A model generated the notes under the pieces. That model saw nothing but the letters and a program-made list of their open reading frames with translations. It ran no database searches and was not told the origin of the DNA. From a virus (taxonomy: Duplodnaviria; Caudoviricetes), in IMG/VR virus record IMGVR_UViG_3300032223_002826, positions 1-53,581 of that record: a stretch of 53,581 bases of DNA; one strand, 5' to 3'. A program made the position numbers and the translations under genes. Below are positions 47,306 through 53,581 of the stretch, one piece after another (within the stretch, counting starts at the first letter, position 1; each line of letters begins with the position of its first letter).

Positions 47306-48160
47306 ATGAGGTATGCACTAACAGATGTCATTGAAGGCATCGTTGGACGACCGATTGCAGAACGGAGCGAAAACGCAATGGTGCGTTGCCCGCTTCACGA
47401 AGACCGACGACCATCGTTGTCGGTTAACTTGGAGTCGGGGGTATGGGTTTGCTTTTCATGTGGAGAGCGTGGGAAGACTGGCAAGTTAGCGCGCGTATTT
47501 GAGAAGCACTACGATTCAAGCGAGGTAGCGCTTCGCTCGGTACGCGGCATTGGCGAAGAGATCTCTGAAGAAGAGTCTGATTTTGCCGAACTTGCCAAGA
47601 GTCTTTATCAACGAGCACAAAAAGAAAAGCCACAGGCAATCATTTCCTACATTTCATCAAAGGGGCTTTCCCCTGCCGTATTCAACCATTTTCAAATGGG
47701 ATGGGATGGCAGCAGGATTGCCTTGCCGTATTGGGATGGGGATAAATGCGTGGGGATCAAGTACCGAAATCTTTTCGGGCAGAAGTCCTCAGAAAAAGGT
47801 AGCCGTAGGGCTATCTATAACATCGATGATATTGGCGGAAAGTCAGAGATCATTGTATGCGAAGGCGAAAGCGATACACAGGCAGTGTGGTCACACCTGA
47901 AGGCACAGGGAAAACTTGATACCATTGCGGCAGTAGGCGTCCCAGGTGCAATGGTGAGCAAGAGCCAATGGGAACTTTGGAATCTAGATTTCCTGTGGGC
48001 GAAGCGCGTACACATTGCGTGGGACGCAGATGATGCTGGTGACAATGGATCGGTACAGGCGATTCAGATCATTGGCGAGAAGGCAATCCGCATGCGCCCA
48101 ACAATGGGCAAAGACATGGCGGAACATTTGATGAATGGAGGAGATCTTGGAAACATCTGA
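47306..48160 (+). CDS. DNA primase (CHC2 zinc finger plus Toprim)
   Basis: CPLHEDRRPS..CFSCG; VCEGESD; WDADDAG. Confidence 0.93.
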   Translation: MRYALTDVIEGIVGRPIAERSENAMVRCPLHEDRRPSLSVNLESGVWVCFSCGERGKTGKLARVFEKHYDSSEVALRSVRGIGEEISEEESDFAELAKSLYQRAQKEKPQAIISYISSKGLSPAVFNHFQMGWDGSRIALPYWDGDKCVGIKYRNLFGQKSSEKGSRRAIYNIDDIGGKSEIIVCEGESDTQAVWSHLKAQGKLDTIAAVGVPGAMVSKSQWELWNLDFLWAKRVHIAWDADDAGDNGSVQAIQIIGEKAIRMRPTMGKDMAEHLMNGGDLGNI

Positions 48161-48530
48161 TTGGCAGAAACAGGTTGTTACATGGGAAATGCTGAGGAGC
48201 AAGCAGACATATATATCTCAGGCGCAGCCGATTTTTGATTGGCTAAAAGACATTGGCATTGTTCCTAGAGATGTTGAGCGAGTCAATGTTGCTCCTGCAA
48301 AAATGAAACTAGATCCATTGCACATTGAGGCTGGTTATATCGCTTCTTGTGCATACGAATGGGATTCGTGGACGCGAGAGGCTGGGGATGACTGGCATTA
48401 CCCAGTGCAGTTCCTTGACGCTATCGAAGCAGAGTTGGAAGGCAACGAGGCTAATGATACTATTAGGGAAATCCTTAGCGCATTAGGTCAACGAGAACCA
48501 GAGCCAGAAGAAGAGGTGGTAAATGCCTGA
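48135..48530 (+). CDS. hypothetical protein
   Basis: operonic acidic ORF; start uncertain. Confidence 0.6.
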   Translation: MEEILETSDWQKQVVTWEMLRSKQTYISQAQPIFDWLKDIGIVPRDVERVNVAPAKMKLDPLHIEAGYIASCAYEWDSWTREAGDDWHYPVQFLDAIEAELEGNEANDTIREILSALGQREPEPEEEVVNA

Positions 48531-48927
48531 GAATATGGTTGTTCGCGTCATGGAGTTGGGAAAGCGCCCATCACTCTGGACTAAGGCGCGTATGTTTGCG
48601 CCTCAGGGGGCGAAAGTATTTGCTGAGTTGTTTGAGCAACAAAACTTCGCAGAGGCTGCAATGATTATTATTGACTGGACAAACGAACTAAAACTGCAGC
48701 CAGTCGAGGCAGCAAAGCCAGTCTTGATTATGCGTATTGCAAATCACTATCAAGATCTTGAAGAGACGCTCACAGTAGAATCTCGGATTGACATCGATGA
48801 TGTCTTTGGTGGAGAAGCCATTGACCGCAGCCTTATGGTTGATTTGGTCAACGAGATGAAAATCAAAGTCGGTCAATCATATGATCGACGCAAGCATGAG
48901 AAGGCAGGACAAAAATGGCGGAAGTAG
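48523..48927 (+). CDS. hypothetical protein
   Basis: GAGGTG RBS; operonic. Confidence 0.7.
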   Translation: MPENMVVRVMELGKRPSLWTKARMFAPQGAKVFAELFEQQNFAEAAMIIIDWTNELKLQPVEAAKPVLIMRIANHYQDLEETLTVESRIDIDDVFGGEAIDRSLMVDLVNEMKIKVGQSYDRRKHEKAGQKWRK

Positions 48928-49262
48928 TTGGTTCGATTGTTCTAGCGATTATTGGATTCTTTGTAACGGCAGTTGTTGCGGGAATCAGCAGTGTTATTCG
49001 CGCTCATGTTCGGGATAAGAACTATGAGTTCCTTCATGCAGTTGCCCTAGACGCGGTTCATGCCGCTGAGCAGGGACACATTGCTGGCATTATCAAGAAT
49101 AAGAAAGAGTCTGCAATGCGCTTAGCGGTAGAGACCCTTTCTGCTAACGGCGTCAAGGTAACAATCAACCAGTTGGATGCTGCGATTGAGGCGGCTGTCC
49201 TTCGAGGTCTGCATACTGGAGGGAAGACAGCAGATGGAGCAGTTGACTCTTTGGACAAGTGA
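48915..49262 (+). CDS. LL-H-family holin-like protein
   Basis: N-terminal TM helix; AV.AAEQ......KK..A....L......T..QLDAAIEAAV. Confidence 0.8.
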   Translation: MAEVVGSIVLAIIGFFVTAVVAGISSVIRAHVRDKNYEFLHAVALDAVHAAEQGHIAGIIKNKKESAMRLAVETLSANGVKVTINQLDAAIEAAVLRGLHTGGKTADGAVDSLDK

Positions 49263-49291
49263 TGAACTAGAAAAGAGCGAGGAGGCAGAAG

Positions 49292-49732
49292 ATGTCGAAC
49301 GAGTTGAAGAATGCGGTGACTGAGCGAGACAATATGGCGATTGATGCAGGTCATCCACCATCGGCAGAGGGCTGGGTTTGCGTTGATTTTGATGGAACGC
49401 TGTATCCATTTGGATATCTTCTTGATGGTCCAGAGCCGCTTCAAGGCGCAGTCGCAGCAATGATGGCGCTACGCAATGAGGGATTCAAGATTGCGATCTA
49501 TACCAGTCGGCTATCACCGTCTTGGTACCGTTCAGAGGGCTGGGATCGCAATGAGGCAGAGATGGAACAGTTTGCTTATATCTCGCAAATCCTTACACGC
49601 GACGGAATCCCTTTTGACAAGATTACTTGCGAGAAGATTCCTGCTATTGCATATATTGACGACAAGGCAGTTGAGTTTAAGGGTGACTGGGGACAGACTC
49701 TTGAGAACTTCTTCAAGAAGGTAGATGGATAA
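49292..49732 (+). CDS. HAD-superfamily phosphatase
   Basis: CVDFDGTL, IYTSR, K.PA.AYIDDKAV. Confidence 0.85.
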   Translation: MSNELKNAVTERDNMAIDAGHPPSAEGWVCVDFDGTLYPFGYLLDGPEPLQGAVAAMMALRNEGFKIAIYTSRLSPSWYRSEGWDRNEAEMEQFAYISQILTRDGIPFDKITCEKIPAIAYIDDKAVEFKGDWGQTLENFFKKVDG

Positions 49733-50322
49733 TGCAAAACATTGCCATTACTGGATTGATGACATCAGGCAAAACGACTCTTGCTCGCGACATTGCAGAT
49801 GCAACTGATTACGAGGTCATCTCTTTTGCCGGAGCGCTAAAGCAGTTTGCAGCAGATGGTCTGAACTGGGGAAAGCCAATCGAGAAGAGTAAGACCTACA
49901 CTTTTGTTCCCTACGGCGCGGATGAAAACCTTATTCTTTCTGGCAGGGAAGTCCTGCAGCGATTCGGCGACGCAGTAAAGACCATTGATACAAACTTCTG
50001 GACTCGTCTTGTGTTAGCACAAACAATGAAGAATCCAACCAAGGGCTATATCATTGACGACCTTCGGTATCATTTCGAGGAGTATACACTAAAGGATATG
50101 GGCTGGAAGATTGTCCGAATAAATACTTCAGAAGATATCCGAATGCAACGGTATACTAATCTTTATGGTCGCACCCCAACTGCGGCAGAGATGAATCATT
50201 CATCAGAGCAGCAGATTCTTGAGATTGCTCATGATATCGAGATCGACGGCACAGCAGACCGAAGCGCTAATGCGGCATCTGTGATGAAATCATTGGGCAT
50301 TCTTGCTAGGTTGATGTATTGA
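49732..50322 (+). CDS. deoxynucleoside monophosphate kinase
   Basis: ITGLMTSGKTT, SFA..LK, RE.LQ.FG, IIDDLRY..E, HSSE. Confidence 0.9.
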   Translation: MQNIAITGLMTSGKTTLARDIADATDYEVISFAGALKQFAADGLNWGKPIEKSKTYTFVPYGADENLILSGREVLQRFGDAVKTIDTNFWTRLVLAQTMKNPTKGYIIDDLRYHFEEYTLKDMGWKIVRINTSEDIRMQRYTNLYGRTPTAAEMNHSSEQQILEIAHDIEIDGTADRSANAASVMKSLGILARLMY

Positions 50323-50395
50323 TTGAGTTGCCTCGTTTCCTTGTCGCAGGATTCCTGTTCTTTCAGTTTGTATTGCTACTAACAATCTGGCAGCA

Positions 50396-50447
50396 AATAA
50401 AAAAGGGGCAGGCTACGCAGTGGGAGGAGATCACCACGCAGCCTGCC
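50396..50447 (-). terminator. intrinsic terminator after the lysis gene
   Basis: minus strand GGCAGGCTGCG...CGTAGCCTGCC then TTTTTATTT. Confidence 0.75.
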
Positions 50448-50493
50448 TTAGAGAACGACCAGCCCGATTATGAGGACTGGAAGAAGTAACGAC

Positions 50494-51654
50494 TTACTTC
50501 TTGATACCGAACTGGGTTTGATTTGGGTCGAGGAACTTCACAACCGTCTGGAGAGCAGATGCAAGTCCAGCCGAGAGGATGACTCTGAAGTCACCACCTT
50601 GAATGTCAAGAAGCGGAATGCCAAGACCAAGTGCAACTGAAATGCTTACAAGCACGAATGCTCGAAGCGCGTCAAGCAATGCCTCGTCGACCTGAGTGTT
50701 TTTGAAGATCCAACCCATAGCAGCAACAAGTCGCTTCATAGGATTCTTTTCTCCTTTCGTCGCTTCGGCAGCATTGCCAAGCGTTTCCAATGCCTCTGCA
50801 CCAGCGTGCTCCCAATCGACCTTACTTAGGTCTGGCATCTCAATCTTGGGATAGTTGCGCGATTTAACCGCAGGCTTTTCCTCTTCTGGGACGATATCCC
50901 CAAGGGCAAGATTTCGCGACCCACCACCAGAAACTGGCTTAGGAGCGACTTGAGTCACTGGCACCGTAGGCTTAGGAGCCTCTGGAGCAGGGGCAGGAGC
51001 CACGGAGACAGGAGTTTCTGCCTTAGGAGCCACCTTGACAGGGTACTCAATAATAATGCAGTGCTTGTAGTCTGGCAAAGAATCAGACTTAGACACTCGC
51101 TTTGAGTCTGCGATGGCGCGAAGTTGCTCTTCAGTCACCTTAACTGCAAACTCTTCTGCGCCCTTACCGCTTCGCGTTGGGCAGCACCACTGCCAGCCCT
51201 CTTCAGGATCCCAGCCAGCAGAGGTCATATGCCCATACCCAGCCTTAACATGGCTTGGGTCTTTCTTGGACCAATACTTTGCCCACTTAACATGCCAAGC
51301 ACTTATTTCCTGTCCAGCAGGATAGCCAATAGGTTGCTGAACCCAGACGCCGATACCCGCACCGCGCTTGCCTGAATCAACAACATCTTGCCAAGATTTT
51401 GCATAGCGAGCCGTAGCGCCAAGAACCTTTGCGGTGGCAATCAACTGAGGAAGTGAAGACCCGTTATCCGAGACCCCATCCTTGTCGACCTGACCAGTTG
51501 CCTTGAACTTAGCCTTAATGCCATCGCCAGCCGACGGATCGAACTGGTACTTGGCTGCCCACGCGACGGCGGCAGCAACACTGGAAGGACCGCAATCGTC
51601 TAGAATGCCACCCTTCTCAATGTAATCAAGTTGTGACTTTACTTTGTACTTCAT
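50494..51654 (-). CDS. putative endolysin (C39/papain-like Cys peptidase) with Pro-rich linker and C-terminal holin-like TM domain
   Basis: SQLD...DDCGPSS..AA and GHM...G; AGGAG RBS; two C-terminal TM helices ending FLDPNQTQFG. Confidence 0.7.
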   Translation of the reverse strand: MKYKVKSQLDYIEKGGILDDCGPSSVAAAVAWAAKYQFDPSAGDGIKAKFKATGQVDKDGVSDNGSSLPQLIATAKVLGATARYAKSWQDVVDSGKRGAGIGVWVQQPIGYPAGQEISAWHVKWAKYWSKKDPSHVKAGYGHMTSAGWDPEEGWQWCCPTRSGKGAEEFAVKVTEEQLRAIADSKRVSKSDSLPDYKHCIIIEYPVKVAPKAETPVSVAPAPAPEAPKPTVPVTQVAPKPVSGGGSRNLALGDIVPEEEKPAVKSRNYPKIEMPDLSKVDWEHAGAEALETLGNAAEATKGEKNPMKRLVAAMGWIFKNTQVDEALLDALRAFVLVSISVALGLGIPLLDIQGGDFRVILSAGLASALQTVVKFLDPNQTQFGIKK

Positions 51655-51664
51655 ACTTCTCCTA

Positions 51665-51838
51665 CTACTCGCCAACGATCCTGAGCGGCATCGTTAGCAC
51701 CCAAACTAGCGTCATTCCAGCAAGAACACTCCCCACAATGTCGCGGGTAGCACCGTCCGGAAGGACAGCCCATGCAATAGCAAGACCAAAGATAGTCCAG
51801 CCTGTTGCAACAATCTCATTGATTACTCTTTTAATCAC
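51665..51838 (-). CDS. small two-TM membrane protein (57 aa, below the ORF-track cutoff)
   Basis: GTGA coupling; MIKRVINEIVATGWTIFGLAIAWAVLPDGATRDIVGSVLAGMTLVWVLTMPLRIVGE. Confidence 0.75.
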   Translation of the reverse strand: MIKRVINEIVATGWTIFGLAIAWAVLPDGATRDIVGSVLAGMTLVWVLTMPLRIVGE

Positions 51839-52923
51839 TTTTGCTTCCTCGTACTACTAGAACCAGACGACGGAGGCGTTGGTCGAGCCGCCAATCCAGC
51901 GGCTGCAACGGCTGCCTGCGCAACCTGAGTTATAATGATTGCGGGGAGCACGGCTTCTCGAGCCTTCTGCCTCTCTTCTGGAGACAGGTCCTTTCCTAGA
52001 TTGGTAACTGCAGATACTGCTTCGCCAACTGCTTGAGAGACTGCCTCTGCTACCGCAGCAACTTCTTGAGGGACTTGAATGTCAATCAATGGCTGCTCAG
52101 TTGGCATTGCGCTAGGCTCTGCAGATGGCAAAGTAGTCGGAACTACAGATGGCTCTACCGAAGGCTGCACAACGGGCTGTGTTGGCTCAGGAGTAGCCAC
52201 AGGAGTGGGATGAGCAGTAGGAACGACTGTCGGAGTAGCCACTGGCGTTGACTCGGGCGTCGGCGTCGGAGTGGGCTCGGGAGTCGCGGAAGGAGTTGGT
52301 TCGACTGTTGGGCTTGGCTCATTTGTCACCTCTGGAGTTTGCGTCGGCTCGGCAGTGGGCGTCGGCTCCACTGTTGGAGTCGGCGTTGGTTCGACGGTTG
52401 GCTCTGGGGTGGGCTCTGATGTTGGTTCTGGCGTTGGAAGAACCGATGGAATAGGCTCTGGAGAAGCCTGCGGCGGAGTCGGATCGAGAACGATTGGAAG
52501 GTTTGTGACAAGATCATAGTATCCGCCCTCGGGGAACGGAGCCTCTGGATGCATGCATGAGTTGTCGTAGCAAACAAACCGACCAGCACGAAGACGGTAG
52601 ACGCCTGCGCTCAACTGGATAGAAACAATAGAAGCCCATGAAACGCCGTCATCGTCGTCGGCGGTAATCATGTTTCCTTGCTCGTCATACAGCCAAAGGA
52701 CACTGTCGGTAAAGTGTCCGCCTTGTTCGGCGCGACGGCACCAGAGTTCCCCAGTGTCAGAACAGAGAAGCGTTCTAGCAGTAAACTGCGTTGGCTCATT
52801 GACCACGACAAAGAAGTCCATTGTGTGGTCAACGGTAACAGTATATTGCTCTTCCATCGCCATGATTGGCGCTTGGATTGAAAATAAAAGAATGGTTGCT
52901 ATAGCAACTCTGAGTAGGTTCAT
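51835..52923 (-). CDS. secreted surface protein: PPC-like domain, Pro/Thr stalk, C-terminal hydrophobic segment
   Basis: signal peptide; TDSVLWLYD..G..I..DDD....S......AG.Y.L; (PTPEPT)n. Confidence 0.8.
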   Translation of the reverse strand: MNLLRVAIATILLFSIQAPIMAMEEQYTVTVDHTMDFFVVVNEPTQFTARTLLCSDTGELWCRRAEQGGHFTDSVLWLYDEQGNMITADDDDGVSWASIVSIQLSAGVYRLRAGRFVCYDNSCMHPEAPFPEGGYYDLVTNLPIVLDPTPPQASPEPIPSVLPTPEPTSEPTPEPTVEPTPTPTVEPTPTAEPTQTPEVTNEPSPTVEPTPSATPEPTPTPTPESTPVATPTVVPTAHPTPVATPEPTQPVVQPSVEPSVVPTTLPSAEPSAMPTEQPLIDIQVPQEVAAVAEAVSQAVGEAVSAVTNLGKDLSPEERQKAREAVLPAIIITQVAQAAVAAAGLAARPTPPSSGSSSTRKQK

Positions 52924-52942
52924 AGTACCCCCTCAGGTGTTA

Positions 52943-53137
52943 TTACTTTCCTTGGCTGCTGATCCATGCGGTAATACCGCCAAGCCCAGAAAGACCAAGA
53001 AGCGCGATCACAAACTTGGCAAGTCTATATGCACCGCGCGTTTCCGCTAGTTCAACCTTGATCTCTGCAAGGTCGGTCTCAATGCGTTCAAGTCGCTCTA
53101 GAATCTGATCTACTTGACTCTTAGTCACAACAAACAC
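52943..53137 (-). CDS. small coiled-coil plus TM protein (XhlA-like lysis accessory)
   Basis: ILERLERIETDLAEIK then hydrophobic C-terminus; start possibly GTG 53128. Confidence 0.7.
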   Translation of the reverse strand: MFVVTKSQVDQILERLERIETDLAEIKVELAETRGAYRLAKFVIALLGLSGLGGITAWISSQGK

Positions 53138-53146
53138 CTATAAAGT

Positions 53147-53269
53147 TTATTCTGATGGCTTCTGATAAAGAGCGCCACACGACTCACAACAATACCATTC
53201 TTGAAAACCAATCGATTGAGGAATACCTTGCTTTTCGCAATCAGTAACTGTGCAAATAAGTTCCCACAT
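53147..53269 (-). CDS. 40-aa Cys-rich protein
   Basis: AGGAG RBS; MWELICTVTDC...CCESCG. Confidence 0.55.
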   Translation of the reverse strand: MWELICTVTDCEKQGIPQSIGFQEWYCCESCGALYQKPSE

Positions 53270-53277
53270 ATTTACTC

Positions 53278-53581
53278 CTAGTTCAATGACATAACTGTCA
53301 TTTGTGTATACGCAAGACTTAATGTTAATCCGTTAGTGGTTTGTGCGGTTCCGTAAAGTTTAAACTTGCGAGCACTTGTTGTATCTGCTACCCAAATCTT
53401 CGTAAAGGCAACTGCTGATCCACGACCAGACTGACCATAGTTATCAGATCGGCTAAATCCTAAGTCGCTTCCCACAATAGTATTAGAAGCATCAGTAATA
53501 TTTGCACGAACAAATGCATACTGAATAGTTGTTGTAACTAGCGATGCATATGCAGTAAATGTAAGCAAAAATCTTTGCCCA
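53278..53581 (-). CDS. tail fibre protein, C-terminal part
   Basis: in frame with 1-2646 across the 82-bp overlap. Confidence 0.85.
   Translation of the reverse strand, partial: GQRFLLTFTAYASLVTTTIQYAFVRANITDASNTIVGSDLGFSRSDNYGQSGRGSAVAFTKIWVADTTSARKFKLYGTAQTTNGLTLSLAYTQMTVMSLN
53500..53581. repeat. 82-bp terminal direct repeat (copy of 1-82)
   Basis: exact match. Confidence 0.95.

Noticed and set aside
53278-53581. Diversity-generating retroelement targeting the fibre tip
   Set aside because: No reverse transcriptase and no adenine-variant template repeat; the only duplicate is the exact end overlap

Overview
The window is an apparently complete ~53.5 kb tailed-phage (siphovirus-like Caudoviricetes) genome. 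The first 82 nt equal the last 82 nt, so the circle is about 53,499 bp and the tail-fibre gene is split across the junction. Minus strand, 26.6 kb to 1 and wrapping to 50.5 kb: class II RNR and thioredoxin, accessory genes, terminase, portal, protease/scaffold, HK97-type capsid, a glycosyltransferase, head-tail and tail genes (with a -1 frameshifted chaperone pair), tape measure, tail fibre and lysis genes. 26.7-30.2 kb: a largely non-coding control region. Plus strand, 28.3-40.2 kb: small early genes under sigma70-type promoters, ending in ArdC and a tyrosine recombinase. 40.2-50.3 kb: replication and recombination genes (DnaB, primase, beta-clamp-like, Cas4-like and RNase H-like nucleases, SSB-like, dNMP kinase), with no DNA polymerase recognised. 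Most notable observations: (1) a capsid-maturation polyprotein fusing a HiPIP-like 4-Cys domain and an intact Dps/ferritin domain to the prohead protease and scaffold; (2) an early region dense in DNA-type cGNAg triloop palindromes, including two covarying T-shaped elements whose outer stem contains the -35 box, plus long purine-pyrimidine alternating tracts and a ~20-copy 12-bp motif array; (3) a ~320-nt G-U-rich structured RNA behind its own promoter; (4) an endolysin ORF with an in-frame holin-like C-terminus and an internal RBS. All family assignments come from motif recognition by eye, not from database searches.
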